Below, in pieces: positions 48,988 to 61,861 of a DNA stretch of 64,000 nucleotides. Location of the stretch: positions 793,373 through 857,372 of the forward strand of contig MU004241.1 of NCBI GenBank assembly GCA_010405405.1, in the 5' to 3' direction. The translations under genes were made by a program, and so were the position numbers. This DNA is from Microthyrium microscopicum (taxonomy: Eukaryota). The notes beneath the pieces were generated by a model. It had not been told where the DNA came from, searched no databases, and saw nothing but the letters and a program-made list of their open reading frames with translations. Each line of letters begins with the position of its first letter. The stretch's first letter is position 1.

Positions 48988-51765
48988 GGTGACGGAACTA
49001 CCAAACCAGAAATGAGTGACTGGAAGGAAAGGACTGAGGTTGCCCGAATGTAGGCCTGTGTGCTGATAAAAGAGCGTGGTATTGCGGAGAAGTATAAAGG
49101 AGAGAGGCTCAACACATCACGAAGGTAATATGAGATCAACCGGCGAGACCAGGTACAGGTGTAGAAGGACAATCCTAGCCAAACGGTGCAGCGATATCCA
49201 ATTGTGACAATATAGATTCAATCCTGTCATCGATAGTTGCTATACTATATTGCAGAATATGGTTACAGGACGGCTCGAGAGCGGCTCTCAGTCGGCAGGA
49301 CATCCTAGATGTATATGATCGAATCAATAGCCAAATTTGCCGGAGTATTTGCTGCCAGACCAATAAGTCAACACGTCAGAGGTTGCGGAGTGGTCTGTCC
49401 GTACCTGAATTATCCTTAGGAGAGCGGCGATGTTATAGTGTGGTGTAAAGCACTATAGTTGGTTCTGAATATATGAGTTTTGGTCAGTTAATATCAAGCC
49501 ATCCTTCCACCGCGGCTCCTTGGCTAAAGCCTATGAGAGGTACATTTCGATGACGCTCACCACTGTAGTTTACTCCTGTAGTTATCTGGAAATCGGAAGA
49601 ATGATATAAAGTAGTGAAAAGGTTTTCTGGCAAAAAAGCTTGTAGCCTTGAAGGAGTTGTTATTCTGGATACGAGTCCAGCCTTACACAAAATGCCTCCG
49701 CAACTCTCCTAGAATTGGTATAAATTGCAGGGAGGCTCTAGATTGGAAAGAGCAAAACCGGATCCCCGGTTCAGGCATAAGTTCAAAAAACAATCCATGA
49801 TTGGGTTACTCATAATGTAAGGACAATATCTATATTTACCCTTATCGCTGGATCTCAAGGCCAATGGATTCCGTGGTCAGCGACGATACATATTTTTGAG
49901 ATCATCGTGGCATGAGATTTGATGTACAGTGACGAAGAAATTCCAATCGTCTCGTCCCTGATAGAATAGCGAGCCTAATGCAACGATTATCAATGGTAAG
50001 CGACAGTGAAACGATGGACAAACCGAACAAGGCGTCTTTCTCTACGACAATATTGAACATCATCGCCTCTATTCTTCGTCGTACTTGATACTTGAGCCAA
50101 TAGTGTACCTATGTAGGCACTTGATGAGGAACGAAGTCACAGTAATGAAGTCATTGTGAGGGAGCTGGTGACTCTGCAGTGAGGACGCCATTTAGTTTGT
50201 CCATCTGTTGTTGTGCCCTGCTAAGAATTCAAGCTTAGGTATGCGACAACGACAGAAGTCGAAGAAATCTGATGCACATCATGCAGTCAACGGAGAGCTG
50301 CTACAGTCGGTGAGGAGATTGTTGAAATGAGCAGAAGATGATGAATTGAGATTGAAGCTGAGAATTGGGTTTGAGACGGAGAAATGGTTGTTGGAAGGCG
50401 CGTGGAGAGGCTGAAAAGTCGTAGCTATTTTTAGATGACCAGCCAAGCCAGCCACGTGAAAAAAGGGAATTACCCATGCATAACATTTGATGCTGCATAA
50501 AGGAATTCTTCGATGCTGTACTGCGTAGGCGTATAGTCATGGAAGCTATCATCAGTTTTTGCGATTGTCAAGCGATGATATGCAGTGAAAGGAAATGTTG
50601 GTAGGCACAAGGTTGGTCCTGACCTGTTCAAGATTCTGGAGAATCAAGAAGGAATATACTTTTTATAGCGTACAGTGTTTGTGATCGCACTCAATGATAG
50701 GTAGGAGAGTGATCTCCGTTTCTGCCTAGCCAACGAGTCCAGTATAGCCTGATGCTGGCGGATAAATGAGGCAGTGCTGGTCCCTGGACTATTGGAGGAT
50801 TTGATGCTTCGAGGCTCTGGAGACCTACCGTAGACATACCCCGTGGCTTGCTATGAACATGAACTGGGGAGGATGTGGGAGTGGGACAATCGTATTCGAT
50901 CAATGTTTCCTGCACGTCGTGTCTTTTTCAAGATGGTGGACATTACAATTTTGCTTGTGCTCGTGATTTATGTCTGAGACTTCTCTCTCACAGTTGACAG
51001 TTGGATACAAGAGTCAATATCTCACGACCAAACACGAATGGGAATAAATTAACTACTAAGAGACATGATCCAGCTCCAAACCAATAGACGTTTCTTAAGG
51101 CTGGGAACTCCCGCAGAATAGTATATCATCTACCCGCTCCATAGAGTAGTCCAGAGGACTCAGGAGTAGTTGAGGCTGTACAGTGTACAGATCAAATCCT
51201 CTAAAGACGCACGCGCAACTACAAGTCCTTCCTTCATCTCTTTGTACCTCCTCCATATCCCAAGACATCCGCCCTTGGACATCCTTTTCTTCTCTTTTTA
51301 CGAAAACCCACCGTTCATCGTCGTCCAGCCAGACTGATCAAGAATCTTGGAATCTTGGAATCTTGGCTTGCTGTCGTTTACAACCTTGAGGCTTAAGATC
51401 AGCCCCACGCATTCCTGCAAATTGGACCCCTCAGGCTCCCGCTACGGCTTCGATATTCTGACCCAATATTATTGTACCTATTACATCCGGCGCGCTTTGC
51501 CAACTTTAACTGCTGTTGCTCTCTCTGCCAGCTTTTGCGCCCTGGTCAGCGCATTAGCACCTTGTCACTCCTCAGCGTTACTAACAGGTAATTACTTCGC
51601 GCTCCATAAGCCTGTGCCTGCCTGGTCAGTGGTCAGCACCCAACGTCGCCATTGCACTGGTCCGGCCTGTCCGTTACAACTTACCACTACTGTCTCCTAC
51701 TCTACTACTCCTTGGACACCGCCTACGCCTACCCCACAACTTGGCCTCAGTATTAAACACGTCTT

Positions 51766-54546
51766 ATGGCCGGAGTTCCTCCCCAACTGGGGGCTACATT
51801 TGTTCCTGGTGGTTTCGACGACTATTATATGCCCGCGCCTGCCCCAGAGCTCGTCTCGCCTGCGCCACAACGGTATTATGACCCGTGCTTTTCTTACCTT
51901 ACTCTTCAAACAGCGTTGCATTCAGACTAGTAGAGTATAACCTGACCTTGTTTTTCTTAGCATCACCCCCGAAGTCCCTGAAAACATTCAAAACAATCTT
52001 GCCTCACTAGAACTGGCCAACGATCCTATTCACTCTTCTCCCCCTCAAGCCCAGTCGCTGGCGCAACCTCCCTCGGAACAGAAGCGGTCCTCCTTTCACC
52101 CATACCAGAGCACGAATCAAGCTCCGCAGATCACCGCGCCCAACTTTGGCACAACAACAAGCGACATGCCGCACTTCTCCCCATTTCCTCCTGTCGTAGC
52201 CAAACCGAACGTACCACCTTCAGACGAAGAAAAGGAACAAATATTAGAAAATGCTCGCCTTCCCGTCCTCAACTCAAACGACCCGGACATGCAGTTGGCA
52301 TGGGCCCAAGACGTCCTGGCCTACATAGCGACTAGCCAACTGTACGAGGAACGAATAGCCATAAATCAACCAAAGCGCCCTGTAACCCCCGAAATCGAGC
52401 ACCAACTTCGAGTAGACGCAATGAACATTGTCAACTTTCTCGCGGAACAACATCACCCCAAAGCAGAGTTCATGAAGGGCATGTGGCTTGAATTTGGAAA
52501 TTTTGGTATTCGACAAGACAAGCGGGAAGCCTTCCGGTGCTACATGCGTGCTGCCGAACAGGGATACTCGCGTGCGGAATATCGGATGGGTATGCAATTT
52601 GAACAAGGCAACGATCCCATGAAGGCTTTGGTACATTACCGTCGCGGGGCAGAAGCAGGAGACTCAGCTTCAAATTATGTATGTGGAACTACTGCGAATT
52701 GATGATTGAGCTAACGAGGGCCCAGAGGCTCGGGATGATGACTTTGATGGGTCAGATGGGTCAACAACAAGACTTTGCAAAAGGTATTGCAATGCTTCGC
52801 GTTGCTGCCGAGCAGGCGGATGAGAACGCACCTCAGGGTGCATACGTGAGTTCATCTTGTAGTTCAACATGCCGCAGATATTGATGCCATACAGGTTCTC
52901 GGCATGCTCCAAGTTCGAGAGCTACCACAAGTTCAAGTCCCAGAAGTGCTTCTACCCTACGATGAGGACGGCGGCCGCTTGAACATCGAGAAGGCTGCAT
53001 ACCTTGGATTTGCGAAGGCACAATTAAAGATGGGAGCAGCTTACGAACTCTGTGCTATGGGCTGCGAGTTTGATCCGGCTCTCTCACTTCATTACAATTC
53101 TCTCGCTGCAAGGCAAGGAGAGCCAGAGGCTGAGATGGCCATCAGTAAATGGTTTTTGTGCGGCTATGAAAGCATTTTTCAGAAGAATGAGGAGCTTGCT
53201 TATGTCTATGCTGAAAGAGCTGCGCAATCCGGACTGGGTACTGCAGAGTTTGCAATGGGATACTTTCATGAAATTGGCATGAATGTCCCAGTCAATATTG
53301 ACAAGGCTCGCGACTGGTATGAAAAGGCGGCCACACACGAAAACGCGGATGCTATCCAAAGAATAGAAGGCTTGAGGCAAGAGCAGACGCTGTCGAAACA
53401 AGACCACGAACAGGTTGCAGTCAATAAGATTAGATCGCAATACGGTTCAAAACGAGGCGTTCGACCAGACAGATTCAAGCAAAAAGTACCTGATCTCCCA
53501 TCAGTCATGGACGAGCATGAAGAATACTCACAATCCAACAATCGGCCACCTAGGTCAGCATCTGCAGCACCGTATCCTCTTGCTGACGAGCCCCCACATC
53601 TCGATCGCGCTGGATCTACTGCTCCATATCCATTAGACAATGGACCTCCACAACATGGTAGAATGGGACCTGCACCAGCTGGTGGTTTCTTTGCGCCACA
53701 AGGAGGTCCTCCACCTCAAGCTCACCAACGACAATCCTCTGCTGGATCGGCATTCAGTCTTAATCCAAATCTATATGGTCAAGGCCAACCTGGTCCAGGA
53801 GGACCACAAAGACCATCTACAACCGTCAATGATCCCCGTGGACGACCTGAATGGCAAGGCAGCCCAGGACCCGGACCTGGACCCGGACCTGGACAAGGTG
53901 GATGGCAAGGAGGTCGACAGCCGTCAGGTCAAGGAGGATATGGACCCGGGGGAAGAGGGGGATATCAAAATCAAAACCAGCGGCAACAAGATATGGGGTA
54001 CGGCGGTCCAGGTGGTCCAGGTGGCCCAGGAGGCCCAGGTGGCCCAGGTGGTCGGGCAAATAGTCTTTCTCCGCGCCCTCAACCCCAGCAAGGTCAAGGC
54101 ATGCAAGATATAGGATTCGTAGCGCCCCTTCATCCACGCAAGCAGCAATCGCCCGGTCATAGTCCGCAACTGGGAGGAAGACCTGGACAAGGTGGGCCTC
54201 AAGGTGGTCCTCAGGGCGGCCCTCCACGACCTCTGCGACAAAATTCCAACCCTCAAGGTCCTGGTGGTTTCGGCGGACCTGGAGGAGGACCAGGTGGGCC
54301 AAGCGGACGACCAGGCGGACCGGGTGGACGTCAACAACGCCCACAAGGAGGACCAGCACCAGTTCGGCCCGGTACGCAACAACAAGCAGCTCCTCCCAAA
54401 CCGCAACCACCCGCCGGTAATGGGCCAAAAACCTTTGGCGAGATGGGTATTCCTCAAGGGCCAACAAAAGAGGGCGATTGTGTAAGTCTTCTGTTGTACA
54501 TTGCGACTGTGCAAAACATGCTAACATATTGTAGGTTATCATGTAA
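51766..54546 (+). CDS. SEL1-repeat chitin synthase activator-like protein (Chs4/Skt5 family) with C-terminal CaaX, 5 exons
   Basis: First exon MAGVPPQLGATFVPGGFDDYYMP, multiple SEL1 repeats, a G/P/Q-rich tail and KTFGEMGIPQG. The last intron (54482-54534) gives C-V-I-M-stop. Confidence 0.88.
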
Positions 54547-54922
54547 GACGAAGATACCATTTGAGTATGAGATGATTAGACATAGCATGTTGGGTAGGGA
54601 AAGGATTTTGTATTGTGATATTTATCGGCCTACAACAGGCTTCATGTGAAATATTATGGGAAAATCAGCGATTAATAATGGAGTCGCATATGCATTCATG
54701 TTTTGACATTCTTCCATGTCTTTTTTAGTCTTACTAATTTACTTTGGTCTGGCATCCATCGTGCCTTCCACTTTCGAAATACGCTGTTCCTATTTCGGAT
54801 TTTCGTGATAGGAGCCTTGTGCAATTTCTTCTCGTGTTGCTTTGATTTCAAGTCCTTCCTTTAACCTACAGAGCATTATAACATCCTGTCCCCATTCCTC
54901 AAGCTTCATACATCAACGAGAT

Positions 54923-55879
54923 ATGGCACCACGGAAGGAGAAGGAGAAGACGGAAAAGGTGACAGGCGATGCTGGTCAGTCTTCCACACTTCGAGAAGAC
55001 GTCTACTAACTTTGCCACCAGCCGTCGACACTGTTCTCCGCTACTTGATAAAGCAAAAGTGAGTATGTGCCAGTCAATTGAATAACAAGTTGCTGACCAC
55101 TCTACACCCAGTCGACCATACTCTGTAAGATGCAGTCACAGACCAGGGCTCCAGGCAGTCTAATTTTCCAGGCAACAGACATATCCGCCAACCTGCACAA
55201 CAAAGTCACCAAAGGTCCGTCCAACTCGACACTCCCATGCCACCTATCAATCTGTCAAGCAGACCACTAACCTCTCCCAGCGGCGGCCGCCAAGATCCTC
55301 AAAGACCTGCATGACAAGGCTCAGATCGAAGGCCGCGCCTCTGGCAAACAACTCGTCTACCATGCTTTGCAGGTACCTACCCAGTTATTTATTTGTCGCT
55401 CACTCAATTGAACCCACTTAGGATGCATCCGCCGCCCCATCTACCGAAGAGATCGATGCAATGGCAGCCGAAACCCTACGTCTACGTACCGATCTCGCCG
55501 CCCAGCAAAGCACGCTCAAACAGCTGAAAGCGCAACTTGCCTCGTTGTCAAACTCACTCACCCTCTCGGACCTCCAGCACGCGAACGAGTCTCTTGTGTC
55601 GCAGCAGGCAGAGTTGCTCGCACGACTAGGCCCTTTACGCGCAGGCGAGGCGGCTCCTGTGAGCAAGGAGGAGCGTCTGGCGGTACAGGCGGAGATGAAG
55701 CGGTGGGGCGGTGTTGTAAAGCGACGAAAGCGGATTGTGAAGGAAATTTGGGGCGTTGTTGCGGAGACGGCGGGACAGGAGGAAGGAGTGGATCTGGTGG
55801 AATTGAAGGTAGGTTTAATCGTCGGGAGCTAATGATGTTTGCTAATTGTCTAAAGGAAGCGTTGGGCGTCACTGCTTAG
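54923..55879 (+). CDS. HOP2: Meiotic homologous pairing protein Hop2 (TBPIP), 7 exons
   Basis: Spliced VLRYLIKQN-RPYS-ATDISANLHNKVTK...GKQLVYHALQ winged helix, a coiled coil and KRRKRIVKEIW. Confidence 0.9.
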
Positions 55880-56095
55880 GAGGAGTCTACGTTAGGGAGC
55901 AAGTGCCAGAGAACTATGTGACAGTCAAAAGGGTATCGTATTGCTAGGTCATTATGTACAGCAAAGGGACATATTTAGTCAACAAGGAATGGTCGTGCAT
56001 CATTACTAAACAGCTGTTCAAAGAGCAGTCCTTCAAGAACTTGTCCTTCAGGCCGCCTTCATGCCAACAGCGAGTGGTCGAGAACCACCGAGCAA

Positions 56096-57646
56096 CTAGT
56101 TGCCCGGGAATTGCTTCTTCAGGTTGTCGTATTTGCTCTGTGGGTAGTTGAGTTCGTTCTGGGACTGCTCGAGGCCTTGAGCGTTTAGGCCATTGAATAC
56201 CTAAAATATGATTAGAACAACTGAAAGCGCAATGATTACTCAGGTCAAAACATACGGTTTGGATCAAGCTATCGCCACCCTTCTTATCTGAAGATGACTC
56301 CCACCACATAGCACCACCAAGGTGGCCATCTTTGATATAGGCAAGCTTTTGATTGGCCACATCCTTGTTATCATAGCTGACGAATGTCTTTGCAGTAGGA
56401 TCATAGCAATACGAAGCACCAAGCTTAGCATCGTAATGTTCCTGACAACCTGGTAGCGGCAAAGCCTATATCGCATCAAATTAGTCTCACAGTCCCTCTC
56501 AAGTTCCCGTTTTCTTCGGGGAGGACCCGACTAACCTTGTAATCCCAGAGACCGTTTTCCCAACTGCCAGCCCCAACACCTTGGTACGGCTTTCCAGCAC
56601 CCTCCGTGTTGGTAAAAGCATGACCATACAACGGCATGCCAAGTACCATCTTGTCCGCAGGAACACCATTGTCAATATAGTACTTGACCACGGGATCAGT
56701 CGAGAACGGCGTCGAATCTGGATTATCTTGGCTTGGATACAAGTTCGAGCTATGTCCTGTCGTAGTATTCCACGAGCCAGCATAGTCATAGGCCATGAGA
56801 TTGACAAAGTCGAGTATCTGGCCCAAATCCTTCATCTTGAGCACACTCTTCGTTGGGCCCGCGGGCGCCGCAATCGTCAGCAGAAAGTGTGGCTTGTCTG
56901 GCAACGTATTTGCATACGCGTCCAGTTCGGCGCGAATAGCTTTGAGCAGAAGAATCATGTTTGCTGCTTCATTGTCATTTTGGGGATATTCCCAGTCAAT
57001 GTCGAGGCCATCGAATCCACGGTCTTTGAGTAGTTGCACGGAAGTTTGCGCAAACTTTGCGCGGCCAGCGTCGGTGGATGCTGGGACGGCGAAGTGAGGG
57101 CTGTAGGTCCAGCCGCCGATGGAGAGTAGGACCTTGAGGTTACGGTTGCGCTTCTTCAAGAGGAAGAGCTGTTTGGTGATGCCGTAGACGTTGGTGCCGA
57201 CATCGTTCCAGCTATCGTTGGCGTAGTGCATGTCAGTGTCAGCCCAGCTGTCAGGAATGGTGACTTCACCGCTTTCGCCGTTGACGTCTGCGAAGGCATA
57301 GAGAACGTGGGTTAGTTGTTCGATGGGTAGGTCGGCTGGAAAGTGTTTGCGGGCGTAGATGGCCTGAGAGAAAAGGTTAGTACATGGTTTGATATTTTGA
57401 TATCATGGGGGGCATCGTGAGTGCTGGGAAACTTTTCGGAAACAAGTCCATTGACTGTGGACGGTCCACGGCCTGCGGCTTACGGCCCACTGGCTCTACC
57501 GCTATATTTGATAGTTCGCCTTGGTTCATGGCTAGATCAACCATGGCTGTCCAAGGGGGATCACGAGTGCATCAGGAGGAGAGACTAACCCATTGGGCAA
57601 AGTACACTACGGAACGGAAGCCGGCTTTGGTAACTTGCTGCGACAT
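56096..57646 (-). CDS. GH18 chitinase (subgroup A), multi-exon; possible 5' extension with a signal peptide
   Basis: [33 protein letters not shown], the catalytic [25 protein letters not shown] and LGGAMWWE. Confidence 0.95.
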
Positions 57647-60600
57647 GTTCGTGGCGTTTCCAGAGCGCTCAGGGGTGAAAGGATAGTCTTGTGGTTTCTG
57701 GAGATTAACAGACGGCTCATCGACTGGTCGAGTGCAAGCAGCCTGGACGGTGCACAGCAATGCAGCAACAAACAGCCACAGAAGGAAAGACTTTGAAGTC
57801 GAGCGAGCAATCTGGAAAGAAAAAACGAATAATTGTCAGCCAAGTTCCATGGTAAATATGCAGTGACTCCTTTGAACGGGCAGGCTTGAATCTTGATGTT
57901 GACACGCAGCGGAGAATTATCTCATGATTCAAGAGATCGCATATACAATACCCAATTACAGATTTAACAGACCATTGGAAACATTTTCTTGTTTGATTAT
58001 TTGCTTTCGAAATTGAAGGTGTGGATGAAAGTTTATGCACTTACGCATGCAGCTACGCGGAGACTGCAGGTGCGAACGCCTTGGCTGAAAAGCACAAAGG
58101 CAATAGAAAGGAGCTGTATTTCTACAACGGCTTGAAAACTAGATAAAAGAATTAGTAAAAGCCGAACTTTTGTTGAGTTGAGTGATTTTGATAGAGGTGG
58201 TGGGAATACGCGCTGAATAAGGGCGCTCACCTTGGAGATTTCTGGCAATTTGGTTAGCTCTGTGGGCGTTTGCTAATTCATTTCGAAGCAATCTCTTCAA
58301 GATGAGTGTTTACTTACGTAGTACGAAATTGAAGTCTGGACATTCGATGCGTTGTGGTATTCAGAAAGTTAGAAACCGAGGGTTTAAAACAATCAACGAC
58401 AAGAACTTGAACTTGGTGGTGACTTGGGATGACGGTAACTAGGCCGATCAGTGAAAGTGGCGGAAACTGTACAGCTCACGTGAATGGTCACTTGGCTGAG
58501 GCTTGCATGACCTCACTGGCTTAGAACATTGAAGTTCAAGTGAAAATTGCGAGGTGAGATTGTTATATGGTTCTTGTTGCCAAAGCTGGAAGGAGCACTC
58601 TCTGCTGATGCCCGTTGGTGGATGTTAAAGCCTCAGCCTGATGTCTAGGTTCTGGGAAGAGCATTAGGCTGTCCCATGAATGATGAGCCCATCCAAATTT
58701 CCTTGAGATGTCGTTTGACAATTTAAAAAGCAATTTGGAACCGCTAAAGTCCGGAGCAAGTTGGCTCAAATCTTTCAAAAGCAATTACCAATTCTTATAG
58801 GGAATAAAGTCAATCTCTAAACCAAATAGGAACTACGTCGTATAGGTAAATGATTAGTACTGTGGTATGTTTACTTAGCCGAGCTTAATCAAGTCCATAT
58901 CGAACGCATGTCCAAAAAGGCACTCGGAAGGATATTCAATTTCTAATTCTCTCAATCTGCAGTCTACCTAATCCATCTGATCAAAAGCCACTTCAGCTAG
59001 CAGCCTCGTAATAATGCGATCAACTCAACGGAACTTTCGGAGAATGAACTTGCAGCAGCATGGCGTACACAAAGCCACCCTCTTCCCTACCTAGCTATGG
59101 CTTGACGACTACACACCCTCCCCAATCTGAAGCTGACCTTTTTGATTCCAACCTCTTTTCTCCTCGCCTTGGTCGCAAGGACCCGTTGTTTTCAAGGCTC
59201 AACTGTCGGTAGCCGCGAGTGGTGAAACCTGTCATTTCTTTTTAGCACATCTCTTCCTATTTTGTGTCACATTTCGCAACCGCGAACTCAAACCCGTCGA
59301 GGGCCGTCCCGCGAGTTCGGGGCCATGGGCGGCTATCGATACGGGGATGAAATTGAGGCGCAATTCCAATGTGGTTTGCGCCATGGCGCCTGTACGTTTT
59401 AGGAACTACGGTAGCCAGCTCGCAATCCGCTTTCCACGCTTTGGGCTGGTGAGCCCGAGCTCTTGCAAGTCGCAAGTTTGAACTTGTAACACCTTGGAAT
59501 CTCAGCGCCGCGCGTAGAAGAAAAGTCTGTGAATTTTATTATGGGTAAGGATAGGTTGCAAGGTAAAGCGGCAGATGGTAGGGCCGGGTACCTCTACTTC
59601 AGGGTTCAACACATGAAGTTGGACGTGATGGATCACAATCGACATATCACAACCCCTTTCAACGGGTTCATGCCGGCAGCGGACATGAACAGTACGCTAG
59701 AATTTTCTTTGCTCCCTCCAGTGTACATACAAAAGTAGGGAGGGCATATTGATGCTCACCGCTTATGCACAAGGCACAGAATGCGCACCACGGTGTTGGT
59801 TTTTCTGGAGAGTAGCGCTGCAACTCCATGTCTACGACACCTTGGACACCCACATTCAGACCCAAGAGCGCCAGGATTCCCAGGAACACAAAACCCGATC
59901 CTGCACGTTTATTATTGTACCTGGCGTGGCTACTACACTAGCCATGCATGCTGCGTTCTCAGGGGGCCAACTCCAAGTGTAGAGAGGTGAGAAGTGTAAA
60001 AGTAGACTTTTAGCATTTTTTTACAAGCAGCTGGCGGGGGTATGCGCCTCGTGTGCCTGCATGTTTGGTTTAGCGCGGTCTTTCTTGGTTGTATGCTTAA
60101 CGTTCTTGGGACTCGAGATGGAGACGGGCTCTACACTAGCCTCTACAAGTCGCTTTGTATCCCAGCATTCCTGCGTGGCTTCTTTTGGGGGCTTGATTTG
60201 ATCAAGATCATGTTCAGCCTGGAGTTGCAAAGATTGTCAATGTCCATGCGACATGCCGGCAACAAGCACCGCGACCACCCTCCCTAGACCCATAGGTATC
60301 ATGAGATCTGATGTACAATGCTTCTGCCATAGAACCTCGAGCAGTCAAACCCACCTAATTCCCCAAAGCCGCATGGCATCGTCCCCTACGCCGCAGGAGC
60401 CGACGGATATTATTTTATTTGGACAAGGCTAGCTCGCCACCCCTGGTATGGTTCCCAAGCGTGCCATCTTGAATCTTGGAGAACCGATATCTATCTCGCC
60501 TGGCCAGCCTTGTCGACGACCGCTTGCTCTTGGACTTCCCTTCCATTCCTTCCTTGACCTTTCAGCTGGCCTTGAACCAATCCTTTCACCACACTCTTTA

Positions 60601-60733
60601 GATACTACCAAACTCCGGGCTTGCTCGGTCCCACACTCTTTCTATCAGCTCTAACTACACTTTCCTTTACTAACTCCTTACTATCTTTCCTTTTATACTC
60701 CTTTCTATCTCATACTCTTCAAATCACTTCAAT

Positions 60734-61861
60734 ATGGTACAGGGTAAACGGGCAGATGTCTCCAGTCAGCTGGACGTTGAGCGCATGATCGTAGACTATC
60801 TCTCATGCGAAGCAACTCAAGCTATCTTTCAAGATTATGGCTCCCAATGCGGTTCCAAGTTGGGCGCATTTGACGAGGGCGATAAAACAGAACTCGCAAT
60901 GCAGAATGTCGAAGGTTCGTCAGCCTTGTTTGTCATATTCAGACCATGAAATCTCAACACCCTTGAGTTCTTTGCTAACCATTGCGACAGCTTTCACTGC
61001 TATATTCAAACAAAACTTTCCTCAGGAAAAGCTAGAAGGAAAGGGCAGCTTCAGAGTCAAACTACTTCAACTTACCATTCTCTTGTCCCAACGCGTAGCC
61101 CCAGGATTGATCGATATGGAGGACGGCTTAAATTGTCTCGAATCACTCAAAACTAGCCACAGTCGTCGTCGCAGTCACTTTGTCCAAGGCAAGGCAGCAT
61201 CTCCATTGGGTCGCACTTTTCTAGCTCAATTGCCCGTCGGTGTTGAGTTTCGAGCCCATCACATCGAAACCCTGCGCGAAAATGGCGCAACTGAGATTGA
61301 TCCACCTCTTCTCAGGCTCCTATCTCTATTCTGCAAACTCTCAATGTATCGTGGAGCATTAGACAACAGCTCACCCAGCCTGGTCCGCGATTGGATGAAC
61401 CTTGCCGGTCAACTTATGTTACAGTCATGTCTTGAGTTGATATTAGTCCATGGCGTTACAGACGCTGAGCGCTTACGAGAGGCGTTTTCATGGAGCTGGA
61501 AGACAGATGGATGCTCGGACGAATCGTCGAGCCAGTTGAGACGAGAAGTATCTGAATGGGAACATATACGTGCCGGATGGGCAGGCGTGGTAAGCAACAT
61601 TCTCACAGTATCTCGTGCAGAACACAGTTCATCTGACTTCACACGCAGCTCTCACCACCGTCCAAGTCAATTCCTCTCGCACACCATCTACTACAAGTCG
61701 CATCAACATACTCACTCGCCACATTCGAGCGCGATTTCATGACATTTCTTGAAAACCTGCACGACAGTGGTTCAGCGCCCCATCTCTCGCAACTCGACTC
61801 GAGTCACGTACAAGGCCTAAGTGGCGCCCAACTACGCCAGCTACTCCGCAGCCGAGCCTAA
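60734..61861 (+). CDS. Hypothetical fungal protein, 3 exons
   Basis: Two ORFs plus a third exon are joined by GT..CTAAC/CTGAC..AG introns (about 60915-60990 and 61590-61648). LisH-like DVERMIVDYL start, WMNLAGQLMLQSCLE and FE..FM.FL.NL. Confidence 0.75.

Noticed and set aside
51341..51366. (GAATCTTG)x3 tandem repeat
   Set aside because: A simple short repeat with no spacers and no evident function; not CRISPR-like.
51347..51940. 197-aa ORF as the N-terminus of the Chs4-like gene
   Set aside because: Wrong frame. The plausible first exon starts at 51766 in another frame and splices at 51873-51960.
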